NCBI GenBank assembly: GCA_963977445.1
Contig: CAXBPH010000016.1
Coordinates: 1-44,241, forward strand
DNA length: 44,241 bases
Direction: 5' to 3'
From: an uncultured bacterium
GTDB taxonomy: Bacteria > Hydrogenedentota > Hydrogenedentia > Hydrogenedentales > JAEUWI01
Positions 7,361 through 17,605 of this stretch are shown one piece after another. The translations under genes were made by a program, and so were the position numbers. A model generated the notes under the pieces. The model was not told the origin of the DNA. It saw only the letters and a list, made by a program, of their open reading frames with translations, and made no database searches. How positions within the stretch are numbered: the stretch's first letter is position 1; every line of letters begins with the position of its first letter.

Positions 7361-8950
7361 CTACTCGGTGCCCTCGGATATGTATCCCTCAAACCGAGAA
7401 ATAGTTTCACCCGTGGCCGTTTCGAGGGAATGACGGGCAGAATTGACTGCAACGCGGGCCAATGCGAGGCGGGCTTCGGCCGCTATGAGATCACGTTGGG
7501 CCTGATTAAGACGCACGAGAGTACCCTGTCCGGCGCGGTATTCTTTCTCCACGAGATCGCGGTTATCATTCACATATTCCCGGGTCTCCCGTTGCAGGGC
7601 CAGCGTTTCCTCGGCTGCCTTGAGGTTAATTGCACCTTCGCGCACCTCCTGAGCGACGGCTATCCGGAGCTCGTCCAGGATAAACTCAGCTTCTTCCAAC
7701 TGATAGCGGGCCTCGGCCACATTCGCGCGGTTGCGGCCTCCGGCAAAAAGGCTGTAGGAGAGATTGATGCCGACCGTATGGCCGAAATCCTCTTCTTCAA
7801 GTCGCCCGTTGTCATTGGTTTGGGCCTCTTGTGCAGCAAAAGCCGATACCTGGGGATAATAGACTGACTTACGCTGGCCCAATTGGGCCTTTATGCGCTC
7901 CACCTGCCACTCGGATTGCTCCATATCGGGGCGGACTTCCAGAGCAAAGGATACCTTTTCATCCTGATTGAACGCGAGCGCTTCCATGGGCACTTCGGGC
8001 AGTGGCGCCACCGTAAGTTCGTCGCCCAGATGGGCGTCAGGAAGGCCCATAAGGGCCGCCAGGGCGACGCGCGATACGGCGCGACTACTCTCGGCCGATA
8101 TGCGAGAGGCCCGGGCCGCGCGGACGAGAACTTCAAAATTCAAGACATCGCTTTTGGAACCGGTACCCCGATCACGACGGAGATTGGCCTCTTTCAGCTG
8201 CCGTTCGTTGAACGCCTCATCGGCCTCGGCAATCGCGACATTTTCGCGGGCGAGCTGCACGCCATAATAACTCTGAGCGACGGCATCAAGAATAAGGCGA
8301 TACACCTCACGGCGGGCCGCTTCGCTTTCCCTGCGGCCAAAACGGGCCGTCGCATTGGTGTAGTGACGGGAGAATCCATCAAAGATGATATAGGATGCCT
8401 GAATCGATGCGGCGTAGTTCTCCACCTCTTCGTCAAAGGCATTCTTCGCTTGCAGCCCGGAGTAGAGGCCGGACAGCGTTGACAGGCCGATTTGTCCCAA
8501 TGAACCGGTGGAAAATCCATTCCGAAGGGTATGCTGTACACCCTGGCTCAGCGCGCCCGCTACCGAGCCGTTGAGGGCCTGGGTCTTGGCATTTTCTACG
8601 GTGTTTGACGACAGATGGGTATGGGTTGCGCTGTAACTCGCGTCTACCTGGGGAAAATAAAGGGAGCGGGCCTGATCGACCCGTGCGCGGGCCTGTTTGA
8701 CTCGTGCGGCGGCGGCAAAAAGCGACGGATTATTTTCGAGGGCAATCTGCTGGGCCTTTTCCAGCGTCAACACAACTGCAGGTGGGCCGGGTGCCTCCAC
8801 ATCGGTGCTTTCCGCCGGTGTGGACGGCACCGTCTCCGCCTCAACCGCCACAACAGGCGCGTCGTCGCCGTGAATCGACAGAGGCCATCCAAGTGCAACG
8901 AATGCGCAGCATAATTGGAGGGCAATTGGGACTGATATCGGGAATTTCAT
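7361..8950 (-). CDS. TolC-family outer membrane efflux factor
   Basis: Signal peptide; LTLEKAQQIALENNP, YFPQVDASYS, VAQSYYGV, YYPQVS and EYRAGQGT outer-membrane efflux motifs; last gene of the MFP-RND-OMF trio. Confidence 0.93.
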   Translation of the reverse strand: MKFPISVPIALQLCCAFVALGWPLSIHGDDAPVVAVEAETVPSTPAESTDVEAPGPPAVVLTLEKAQQIALENNPSLFAAAARVKQARARVDQARSLYFPQVDASYSATHTHLSSNTVENAKTQALNGSVAGALSQGVQHTLRNGFSTGSLGQIGLSTLSGLYSGLQAKNAFDEEVENYAASIQASYIIFDGFSRHYTNATARFGRRESEAARREVYRLILDAVAQSYYGVQLARENVAIAEADEAFNERQLKEANLRRDRGTGSKSDVLNFEVLVRAARASRISAESSRAVSRVALAALMGLPDAHLGDELTVAPLPEVPMEALAFNQDEKVSFALEVRPDMEQSEWQVERIKAQLGQRKSVYYPQVSAFAAQEAQTNDNGRLEEEDFGHTVGINLSYSLFAGGRNRANVAEARYQLEEAEFILDELRIAVAQEVREGAINLKAAEETLALQRETREYVNDNRDLVEKEYRAGQGTLVRLNQAQRDLIAAEARLALARVAVNSARHSLETATGETISRFEGYISEGTE

Positions 8951-8977
8951 TGCGGTTGTGTCTCCGAAAACAGGCGC

Positions 8978-11900
8978 TCAGCCAGAAAATGGTTCGGCGC
9001 TAGCCGGGGCCATGGTTTCATCGAGTGGATGGGTTTCAATAAAGCGCTTTCGGGCGGGCTCCACATCTTCGCGTGCGGGCCAGGCCTGAAAGATAAAGTA
9101 GTAAAAAAGTCGCCGAAAATCATTGAGAATCAATAACAGACAAGGAATAAGGATCAGGGTGAGCAACGTGGCGAACGCTACGCCTGCGGCAAGCGATACG
9201 GCCATGGGCACGAGGAATTGCGCCTGAATATCTTTTTCAAGAATCAGGGGCGTCAAGCCGCCACAGGTGCTGATCGTCGTCAGGAAAATCGCGCGAAAAC
9301 GGCGCACGCCGCCCTGCCAGATGGCCTCCCGCAGGGGCATTCCACGTGCAATATAGCCGTTGATACATTCAATCAAGACAATGGCATCATTGACGACGAC
9401 ACCGGAAAGGGCGACCATACCAAACATGCTCATCATGGAAAGATTAAACCCCATCGCCAAGTGACCGAGAATGGCGCCAATAATACCGAAGGGCACCGTA
9501 ACCATGATTACCATAGGCTGCACGTAAGAGCGGAAGATTGTAGCGATAATGCTGTAGACACCCAGCATGGCAACGAGAAACCCAATCCAGAGACTCCCGA
9601 GAGAATCCTGGGTCTTTCGTTTTTCGCCCTGAAAGTTAACCACCATTCCTGGATAGTGCTTTTGCAGGTCTACAAAGAACTCTTCTTCCATAGCGGCAAC
9701 AATTTCGTCGGTATTGGCAACGGCGGTATTCACCTCAGCGGTCACCGCAACCCGGCGCATCCCATCGGTCCGCTTGATGTTTGCAAGACCGGCACCGTAT
9801 TCGATATTGGCTATCGAATACAGGGGAATTTCAACCCCCTGGGGCGTCCGAATACGTCGTTGCTCCAATTCGGCTATCTGAGTACGCTCTTCTTCGGTAT
9901 AGCGCACACGGACCCGAATATCATCCCGGCCACGCTGCAGCCGAAAGGCTTCCTCGCCAAAATAGCCGGCATTGACCTGACGGGCCAAATCAGAAACCGT
10001 CAAGCCCAGCACCCGGGCTTCGGGCTTCAAGGTAAACTTGAGTTCATTTTTTCCAGGACGGAAGTCATCCTGTATCTGGTACACCCCATCGTAACTCGCC
10101 AGCTTATCTTTCACCTCCGTCGCCGCACGTTTCAGCGTCTCCATGTCATGGCCTTGGAGCCAGATTTCGATGGCGGCACCGGGAGGCCCGGCTTCCATAC
10201 CCGTGACGGACAACGAGATTACACCGGGCAAGTCCCCCACTTCCTCTTCCCAGTCGGCCGCGAGATCTTCGAAGAATATACCTCGTTCCTGCGATTCCAG
10301 CAGCTCAACCCGGATGGCACCCAGATTATTTCCATAGCGCGGCGGGCCTTCCGTGATTATCGAACCAACCAGGGAAAAGGTATTGCGAATGAGGGGATCG
10401 CCAGAGGTCGTTGTTTCCCGATCAACGATGCGAGCAAGGGCATTCTCCAATTGTATTACTGCATCCTGTGTCACCGAGAAGGGCGTTCCATCGGGAAATT
10501 CCACCGTGGCGGTCAGGGTGTCGGAGTCAAGGCTGGGAAAGACTTCAAACTTGGCAATACCACTGGTGATAAGTCCCCCCGTAACGAGGATAGTAGATAC
10601 CGCTGCCGCCAGACACACATAGCGCCACCGCAGGGCCCAACGGATAAATGGCGCATACACCTGGTTTATCAACCACTCCAGACCAACGTTGGCCAGTGCG
10701 TGAATGCGACGTGCGATGTGGGGGCGCTTTCCGTTGTCGTTTGAGCGCGCATTGGGATCGGGAAGATGATTCAAGTGGGCGGGCAACAGGATCAGACACT
10801 CAACGAGTGAAATAACCAGACAGGAGATGACCACAACGGGCACGATGGCAATAAACTTGCCCATAATCCCACCCACAAAGGCCAGAGGGATAAAGGCGAC
10901 AATGGTCGTCGTCACCGCTGCCACGACGGGCAGGAAAACCTCGCGGGTACCCTCCACCGCCGCATCGAGCGGTCCCAACCCTCGTTTTCGGGCTACATAG
11001 ATAGATTCGCCAACGACAATAGCGTCGTCTACGATAATACCGAGCACCATGATGAGGCCGAAGAGGGACACCATATTGATGGTGGCACCAACGATCCACA
11101 TAATGCCCAACGCACCCGTGATACTAATCGGCATCCCCATACCCGCCCAGAAGCTCAGACGCACGTCGAGGAAAAGCCACAGAATGAAGAAAACCAATAT
11201 TAATCCAATGATCCCGTTGCGGACCAGCAGACTGATTCGACCCTCCAGCATCGTGGAGGTATCGTTCCAGACCCGCATTTCCAGGCCCTCAGGAAGGCTA
11301 CGCTCATTCATCGCCACGTAGGCACGGACGGACTCGGCGATGGCCAGTGCGTCTTCTTCTTGCGTCTTGAGCACGGCGATGCTGATAGCGGGCTTCCCGT
11401 TGAGCCGGGAAATGACGTTGTCTTCTGAAAAGCCGTCGTCGATGGTAGCAATACGGTCGAGCGTCACCACATCCCCATCGGGGCTGGCCAATACCACAAT
11501 CTTCGCGAGTTCATCGCCCGTATACTTCCGCCCCACCGTGCGAAGGCGAATATCTTCTCCGGCGGTCCGTACCGTTCCACCCGAGAGATTCATACTGCTT
11601 TGGCGAATTGCGTTCGAAACGTAGGAGAAGGTCAGTCCATATTCTCGTAATCGCGATTCGGAGACTTCAATACCGATCTCATATTCCCGGGCCCCCATGA
11701 TTTGAACCTGACTCACCTGGTCAAGGAGTTGAATCTCTTCCTTAACCTGTTCCGCCCACTCCTTGAGTTGGCGCTCCGTCAGGGATTCCCCTGCGAGCGC
11801 CACCATCAGCACCTCTGCGCGAAGCGTAACTTCTTCGGTAATGGGCTTCTCCGCCTCCAGGGGAAAGGTGGATATGGCGTCCACCTCGTTGCGGACTTTT

Positions 11901-12220
11901 TCTTTAACGATGGCCGTATCGTATCGATCATCCACTTCAATGAGGACACTCCCGGCACTTTCGCCGGACGTGGAGGTGTACGTTTTGATGCCTTCTATGC
12001 CTTCAATAGACTCTTCAATTTTCCGGGATATGCCTTCTTCCACATCTTCCGGGTCCGCGCCCGGCCAAGGCACGACAACCGATATGTAGTCCAGGCTGAA
12101 TTCAGGAAAGGTTTCGCGCACCATCTTTGAAGAGGCGATACCGCCGACTACGAGAAAGAGGGTCAGCATTATGTTGGCAAAAACGGTATTACGCGTAAAT
12201 GCCTTCAATAGCGTTCTCAT
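8978..12220 (-). CDS. AcrB/AcrD/AcrF-family RND efflux permease
   Basis: 1080 aa; WPGADPEDVE, GIIVDDAIVVGESI, GVVVNDAIVL and RFRAIFLTT motifs; ATGA overlap with the MFP stop. Confidence 0.95.
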   Translation of the reverse strand: MRTLLKAFTRNTVFANIMLTLFLVVGGIASSKMVRETFPEFSLDYISVVVPWPGADPEDVEEGISRKIEESIEGIEGIKTYTSTSGESAGSVLIEVDDRYDTAIVKEKVRNEVDAISTFPLEAEKPITEEVTLRAEVLMVALAGESLTERQLKEWAEQVKEEIQLLDQVSQVQIMGAREYEIGIEVSESRLREYGLTFSYVSNAIRQSSMNLSGGTVRTAGEDIRLRTVGRKYTGDELAKIVVLASPDGDVVTLDRIATIDDGFSEDNVISRLNGKPAISIAVLKTQEEDALAIAESVRAYVAMNERSLPEGLEMRVWNDTSTMLEGRISLLVRNGIIGLILVFFILWLFLDVRLSFWAGMGMPISITGALGIMWIVGATINMVSLFGLIMVLGIIVDDAIVVGESIYVARKRGLGPLDAAVEGTREVFLPVVAAVTTTIVAFIPLAFVGGIMGKFIAIVPVVVISCLVISLVECLILLPAHLNHLPDPNARSNDNGKRPHIARRIHALANVGLEWLINQVYAPFIRWALRWRYVCLAAAVSTILVTGGLITSGIAKFEVFPSLDSDTLTATVEFPDGTPFSVTQDAVIQLENALARIVDRETTTSGDPLIRNTFSLVGSIITEGPPRYGNNLGAIRVELLESQERGIFFEDLAADWEEEVGDLPGVISLSVTGMEAGPPGAAIEIWLQGHDMETLKRAATEVKDKLASYDGVYQIQDDFRPGKNELKFTLKPEARVLGLTVSDLARQVNAGYFGEEAFRLQRGRDDIRVRVRYTEEERTQIAELEQRRIRTPQGVEIPLYSIANIEYGAGLANIKRTDGMRRVAVTAEVNTAVANTDEIVAAMEEEFFVDLQKHYPGMVVNFQGEKRKTQDSLGSLWIGFLVAMLGVYSIIATIFRSYVQPMVIMVTVPFGIIGAILGHLAMGFNLSMMSMFGMVALSGVVVNDAIVLIECINGYIARGMPLREAIWQGGVRRFRAIFLTTISTCGGLTPLILEKDIQAQFLVPMAVSLAAGVAFATLLTLILIPCLLLILNDFRRLFYYFIFQAWPAREDVEPARKRFIETHPLDETMAPASAEPFSG

Positions 12221-13617
12221 GCGTCGTTTTCCTGAGGAACATCAACCCGAACCAACTGATTGGGCAAGGGATTGGTGAGGCGGGTCGTGATGACTTGATC
12301 GCCGGGATTCAGACCGCTCTGCACGAAAGTTTCCTCCCCTTCACTTCGGACCACGTCTACGTGTTGAATGGCCAGGCGGCCGTCACGGATGACATACGCG
12401 TTGCCTTCGTAGGTGACTGCCCAACGGGGTAATCGATAGACTTGCTTCATCGCCTTACCGGGAATGGACACCGAACAAAACATACCTTCTACCAGAGGTA
12501 GCCCACCGGTACTTCGTCGGGCATCTTCTCCCTGAATTCGAATCGCCACGTTCAGCGTGCGGTTTTTCTGGTCAAACTTTTCTACCCGATGAATCGTGCC
12601 TTCCCAGCTATGATGCTCGGGGTCTTCGGTCCAGGAAACGCGACAGGAAACCGGTTTCAATTGGCCAAACCATGCCGACGAAGCCGTGTTTTCGGCCAGA
12701 TCGAATTGCAACCAGTTCTTCGCATCACGACTGTCGAGGGAAACGGAAATTTCCAGCACCTGATCATCCGCGAGGGTCAACACCGACGTTCCGGGGGTGA
12801 CGTACTGACCTTTTTCAAGACCGACCTGTTTTATGCGGGCGTCAAATGGCGCGCGCACTTCCGTGCGGGCCAGATTGGCCTCGGCCATTTCTAATTGGGC
12901 CCGCGCGCCATCCAAACCGCTGGCGGCTTCCTGAATCTGCACCGGATAGAGTGCCAGTGCCTGGGCCAGCTGGTCATGGGCATCGGCCGCCTGATTGAGG
13001 GACATTTCCGCATGGTCTACGGCTGAGCGGGTTCCCACATCATCTTTTTCAAAGAGCTCACAGGTGCGATCAAAATCGCTCTGCATCAACCGCTCACTCC
13101 GTTCCAAGGTCTTCAGCCGTGACTCATCAATAGACGACTGGCGCTTGATCCGCTCAATGGTCTTGTCTATCTGAGCTACTTGTGACTCCGCCTGGGCTTT
13201 GGCCGCAAGATAATCCCGCTGATCGATCTTAAACAGAAGCGCACCTTTGGGGATCGTTTCTCCCATTTCCAGGTTGGGGTAGATTTCAACGATGGTCCCC
13301 GGTACTTCGGGAGAAATGGGGATCACATTCAATGCGTGAACTTCACCGAGGCCCGTAACGTTTACCGACACATCCTCTGGCTCTACCCGGATCGCGGTGA
13401 CCAAACGTGAGCGCTCCGTCACATTCGCTTCTGCTGGAGGCTTCTTGAGCATCGACAGGCCCATCAACGAACCAACACCAGCCAACAGAACCAGCACAAT
13501 GGCAGCCACCCGTACGAAAACGCCCGCTTCTTCGCCGTTGCCATCGCGCGGTTCATCGGAATGCTCCAATGAATCGCCTGACATGCCGTCGTTTTCGTTA
13601 CTATCGCTCAGACTCAT
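12217..13617 (-). CDS. RND efflux membrane fusion protein (periplasmic adaptor)
   Basis: N-terminal TM helix; ISPEVPGTIV..G..IPKGALLFKID and RTEVRAPFDA lipoyl/barrel motifs with a coiled coil. Start placed at ATG 13617 (AGGA upstream) rather than 13677. Confidence 0.92.
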   Translation of the reverse strand: MSLSDSNENDGMSGDSLEHSDEPRDGNGEEAGVFVRVAAIVLVLLAGVGSLMGLSMLKKPPAEANVTERSRLVTAIRVEPEDVSVNVTGLGEVHALNVIPISPEVPGTIVEIYPNLEMGETIPKGALLFKIDQRDYLAAKAQAESQVAQIDKTIERIKRQSSIDESRLKTLERSERLMQSDFDRTCELFEKDDVGTRSAVDHAEMSLNQAADAHDQLAQALALYPVQIQEAASGLDGARAQLEMAEANLARTEVRAPFDARIKQVGLEKGQYVTPGTSVLTLADDQVLEISVSLDSRDAKNWLQFDLAENTASSAWFGQLKPVSCRVSWTEDPEHHSWEGTIHRVEKFDQKNRTLNVAIRIQGEDARRSTGGLPLVEGMFCSVSIPGKAMKQVYRLPRWAVTYEGNAYVIRDGRLAIQHVDVVRSEGEETFVQSGLNPGDQVITTRLTNPLPNQLVRVDVPQENDA

Positions 13618-14178
13618 ACCAATTAATCCTCTGGGTCCGGCGCCTGCCCCTGTTGGTATAGGCACCTTTGGACACATTCATCTACACACACGATAGATCC
13701 AAGTATTCTACGACACGGGGACTACAATGCCTTCCCCAAACGTCACCGTCGACGCTGAACGCCGATGACTTCCAAGCTCTCCACAATCCTGCACTTCGTA
13801 CGTCTACAACTAGCTCACTCGGGGCCGCTGATATTTGCCGCCAATCCGTCCGAAGAGCCCGCACGTACGAGACACCTACCGGGTCGATCCGCGCCATCTG
13901 CCCGAGCCCATCACCCATGGACAGAGGATTGTAAAAAAGTGGTGCCGTAAAAACCGTCCCAATACATACTGTTGCGTCGCGTCCGTCACAGGAATCCTGT
14001 ATTCTATTTTCGACAGACTCTATTCCATTGCACCCTTCCAATTAGAGGGGCACATCTGCTAATTGTATGCAACCAGACCCGAAAAAGTAAAAAATATCTC
14101 ATTTACGCCCTCGATGGCGTTATTTCCCCCACCTGCAAGCACATCTCCCTGACAGACAGGAGCCTCAGGCGTAAACGT

Positions 14179-15117
14179 ATGGATATTCGCCGGATCACCA
14201 AAGCCCCCGCCAATCTGCGGCAGTTCGTAGAGGCCATTTCGCCAGAATATGGCCGTATTTATGGCAAGACAGCTGCGGCGGTCTATCGCCTGAATGGCCC
14301 TGCCCAACTCGCCGCAACGATCAGCCATCCCGCTATTCGAGCCTATGCGACGCTGGACGGCGATCAGGCTCGGGCCTTGCTTTTTGTTCGCCCCTCCACG
14401 GATCGACAACTTCTCTCTTTTTTTCACGTTTTGCCGGGACATGGCGGACCGGACGATGCGTTGGAGCTCCTCAGTCACATGCACCACGACATGCCCGCCG
14501 ACGCGGCCCGCGCTGTATACACCGATTTCATCCCACTTGGAACCCATGATCTACGCCCTGCCTTTGATTCTGTCGGCTACAAGCACGTTGAACGCACCAT
14601 CATGAAAACAGACTGCCACACCCGTGCGACTGGAGATCCTTGTGATTATGAGGTTCGGGAGGCAAGTATAGAGGACATACCTGCGTTGGCAGCGCTCCTG
14701 TTCCTGGCCTATGTTTCTCACCCTGAATCCCATTTATACGAAGAAGTCCGATCTCCCGAGGAGGCGTGCTTATTTCTATCCAACTCAATGACCGGCTTCT
14801 ATGGCCCCTGCCCCCCCGGTTTCGCCTTGGGGGCCTGGGATGGCACAACGTGCATCGGACTTGCTATCGGTAGTGAGATTGTGGCAGAAATGGGATTTGT
14901 GTTACACATGGCAGTCCACCCCGACTATCAGGGACGTGGCGTAGGTGGTCCGTTGCTGAGCGCCCTCACCAACGGGTTTGCCAACCATCGGTTGACCTAC
15001 GCTGCACTGGGTGTAACGTGTACAAACCCCGCAGTCCACCTCTATCGCAAGTCTGGCTTCGACGCAGTACACCAATTCCCGGTATACTACCACCTCGATC
15101 CAACGAAAAAGTCGTAG
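14179..15117 (+). CDS. GNAT-family N-acetyltransferase (probably two-domain)
   Basis: C-terminal MAVHPDYQGRGVG acetyl-CoA motif A and NPAVHLYRKSGF. Start placed at ATG 14179; the upstream extension looks non-coding. Confidence 0.85.
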   Translation: MDIRRITKAPANLRQFVEAISPEYGRIYGKTAAAVYRLNGPAQLAATISHPAIRAYATLDGDQARALLFVRPSTDRQLLSFFHVLPGHGGPDDALELLSHMHHDMPADAARAVYTDFIPLGTHDLRPAFDSVGYKHVERTIMKTDCHTRATGDPCDYEVREASIEDIPALAALLFLAYVSHPESHLYEEVRSPEEACLFLSNSMTGFYGPCPPGFALGAWDGTTCIGLAIGSEIVAEMGFVLHMAVHPDYQGRGVGGPLLSALTNGFANHRLTYAALGVTCTNPAVHLYRKSGFDAVHQFPVYYHLDPTKKS

Positions 15118-15190
15118 CGGTAGCCGCCCGGGTAGCTCCGGACCAGTTCAATATTCATCAACAACCAGTAAACCTGGAGCGAATAGACGT

Positions 15191-16234
15191 ATGTTAAAAA
15201 AAATTGGAATACTCCTGGCCATTCTCATCGGGATTGGCGCCATCGTCGGAGGCATTGCCTTCTACAAGGCAAACAATGAATATGGCCTCCTCACGGCGAG
15301 CATAATCAATCACGAAGTCGTGGCCCGGCCCGAGACCCGTCTCAGGGTATCGATTGACACCATCCAGCTCGGAAAGGACCTGACACCCTATTTCCCCGAC
15401 AATCTCCCCCTGCCCTCCTGGCTTCCCTGGGATATGCCCCAATTACTCCCGAAGGTATTGCCCCGCGAGATCGCCCTGCTCGGAGGCGCAGACTATGCCA
15501 ACAACGCCTTCAACCTGACTGTGTTCATGAACGAGCAACGTGGTGGCCCCGCGCTCACCAAATACCTGAACACCCAATCCAGCTTCCGGCAAGCCTTTCC
15601 CGCCGTCCTTTGGAATGATGCGGGCTTCGTCCTTCGGGAGCGCGGTATCGTGGCCATGGAGGGCGAACTCCCCTTGCCCTATGGCCTGGAAGACACCATT
15701 CTCGAATCGTGGACGCTGGATGCGCCCGAGGACATGTTGACCTTGGTTGGTGGCCACGTCGCCGAGGGCGTGATCGATAACCGAAATGGCGAGATCGTAA
15801 CGCTCATCGGAGGGCTGGCCCCCATCTGGGATACCTCGCTGGATAAACTCCAGGCGAATTCGCAGTTTGCGGCCCTGTTGACCCAACTGGCTCAGGTCTT
15901 TGACATACGATTTGCGGTCGATTTTGAGAATGCCGATACGGTGCTGGTCCAGATACGTATTCATATTGCCAAAGAGTTCGGGGGACAATTAGAACTATTG
16001 GCTCCCCTTGCCCTTAACGGAATCAAGCAGGAAATGATGAATCGTTATCGTCTCACCCTTGAAAGTGAAAATGCGTGGAACGTAGACGAAGAGACTTTTG
16101 TAAGTGACTTGAAGATTATTGGCGTCGAGCCGAAATTGAAGAACTACTTTGCGACCATGTTCCCTGCGCCAGCCCCCCCCGTACCTGCCGCGGATGCGCC
16201 GGCAGCCGATGCCTCGATTGACCCGAAGAATTAA
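15191..16234 (+). CDS. Hypothetical N-terminally membrane-anchored protein
   Basis: 347-aa ORF with GGAG RBS, one N-terminal hydrophobic helix and a Pro/Ala tail; no recognised motif. Confidence 0.8.
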   Translation: MLKKIGILLAILIGIGAIVGGIAFYKANNEYGLLTASIINHEVVARPETRLRVSIDTIQLGKDLTPYFPDNLPLPSWLPWDMPQLLPKVLPREIALLGGADYANNAFNLTVFMNEQRGGPALTKYLNTQSSFRQAFPAVLWNDAGFVLRERGIVAMEGELPLPYGLEDTILESWTLDAPEDMLTLVGGHVAEGVIDNRNGEIVTLIGGLAPIWDTSLDKLQANSQFAALLTQLAQVFDIRFAVDFENADTVLVQIRIHIAKEFGGQLELLAPLALNGIKQEMMNRYRLTLESENAWNVDEETFVSDLKIIGVEPKLKNYFATMFPAPAPPVPAADAPAADASIDPKN

Positions 16235-16281
16235 TTCAGGGGCAAATAGCAGGGATGGTGTATTCGATATTTCACGTACCT

Positions 16282-16301
16282 GACGTGCCGCGCGGCACGT
16301 C
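16282..16301. repeat. Perfect 20-bp GC-rich palindrome between convergent genes
   Basis: GACGTGCCGCGCGGCACGTC is its own reverse complement. Confidence 0.7.
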
Positions 16302-16410
16302 CATGCTTTGTGGGGTCATCTGCAAGAAGATACGTGGCGACAGGGTCTGAAGCGGAATTCGCCTGGCAGAATAATTTCCCTGCGATACCTGAGGCACCAG
16401 GAGTCAGGCA

Positions 16411-17010
16411 CTACAGGAGCGTGCGCCCTTCCATGGCATGAGACAGGGTGGCTTCGTCCGAAAACTCCAAACCACTGCCCATGGGCACACCGTGGGCGAT
16501 GCGGCTTACGCGTATACTGCGCTGGCCGAGTTGACGGGAAAGGTACAAAGCCGTTGCTTCGCCCTCGGCGGTGGCGTTGGTGGCCACGATAACTTCGGCC
16601 ACGTCACCGGCGTCTACCCGGGCGTACAGACGCTCCAGGGCCAACTCGGAAGGACCAACCCCTTCCAAGGGGTTTAACACGCCGTGGAGCACGTGATAGC
16701 GGCCACGATACATGCCCCCCTTTTCAATCGCCATGGCCCCTGCCGGCTGCTCCACCACGCAAATGATACTACCGTCGCGACGATCGTCGGTGCAGATGAG
16801 ACAGGGATTCACCTCGGTCAGATTTCGACACTGGGAACAGGTGGTAATCCGTGCGCGGGCCGTCGCGATGGATTCGCTGAGTTGGCGGGCTTCCGATTCA
16901 GGCGCACTCAACAAATGCAGTACCAGGCGCTCTGCCGAACGTTTTCCAACCCCCGGAAGACGTCGAAAGGCATCGACAAGTCGCTCCACTGCGGGTGAAT
17001 CAAGAAGCAT
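16411..17010 (-). CDS. recR: Recombination mediator RecR
   Basis: LPGVGKRSAER HhH motif; CSQC..CLIC zinc finger; Toprim ICVVE, YHVLHGVLNPLEGVGP, EGEATALY. Confidence 0.97.
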   Translation of the reverse strand: MLLDSPAVERLVDAFRRLPGVGKRSAERLVLHLLSAPESEARQLSESIATARARITTCSQCRNLTEVNPCLICTDDRRDGSIICVVEQPAGAMAIEKGGMYRGRYHVLHGVLNPLEGVGPSELALERLYARVDAGDVAEVIVATNATAEGEATALYLSRQLGQRSIRVSRIAHGVPMGSGLEFSDEATLSHAMEGRTLL

Positions 17011-17015
17011 GGGAA

Positions 17016-17537
17016 TCAGCCCGTATGTTCGGAAGTGGCGTCAAGGGCCGCACGAACATCGTCCCATTCCTGGAGGACCGCTTCCCGCGAAATAATATCC
17101 AGCCGATCGGGAAAAAGGATTCCCTCCAGATGGTCATACTCGTGTTGGATAATGCGTGCCGCAAAATCGTGGGCCTCAAAATGGATCGGGGCACCGGTGG
17201 GATCGAGGGCCTTTACTTCTATATAGGTGGCCCGAGGCACACGGTCGGAATAGACCCGGGGCATACTCAAACACCCCTCTTCGCCCTCGACACGTCCCTC
17301 CATCGTCACGATTTCAGGATTGACCAGGCAAATCGCCTCCCCGTCGGGGGGCTGCATCACGAAAATGCGCCGGGCGATTCCGATTTGGGGTCCGGCCAAG
17401 CCCACCCCATCGTAGGCGTGCATGGTTTCAAGCATATCCTCCGCCAATTGAACCAACTCGGGGCCAATTTCGGTGAAAGGTGCTGCTTTCCGGGTAAGGG
17501 GGTCATCGGGATATAAAACAACGTTTAATACAGACAT
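17016..17537 (-). CDS. def: Peptide deformylase
   Basis: GVGLAGPQIG, EGCLS and QHEYDHLEG motifs; AGGAG RBS before ATG 17537. Confidence 0.97.
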   Translation of the reverse strand: MSVLNVVLYPDDPLTRKAAPFTEIGPELVQLAEDMLETMHAYDGVGLAGPQIGIARRIFVMQPPDGEAICLVNPEIVTMEGRVEGEEGCLSMPRVYSDRVPRATYIEVKALDPTGAPIHFEAHDFAARIIQHEYDHLEGILFPDRLDIISREAVLQEWDDVRAALDATSEHTG

Positions 17538-17605
17538 TCGGTAACTCTCCTGCCGTGATCTTAGCACAAGCTTCAGGGCCGGGCCAAGACCCGCCTACCC
17601 TGGAC

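Noticed and set aside
9218..10744. 508-aa plus-strand ORF
   Set aside because: Antisense shadow of the RND permease; no recognisable domain.
13682..14041. 119-aa ORF upstream of the efflux operon as a confident gene
   Set aside because: No SD, no motif and atypical composition; kept only as a possibility in the intergenic finding.
16269..16280. parS site near dnaA (TTTCACGT; also CGTGAAA near 19952)
   Set aside because: Only half-sites; no full TGTTTCACGTGAAACA-like palindrome was found.
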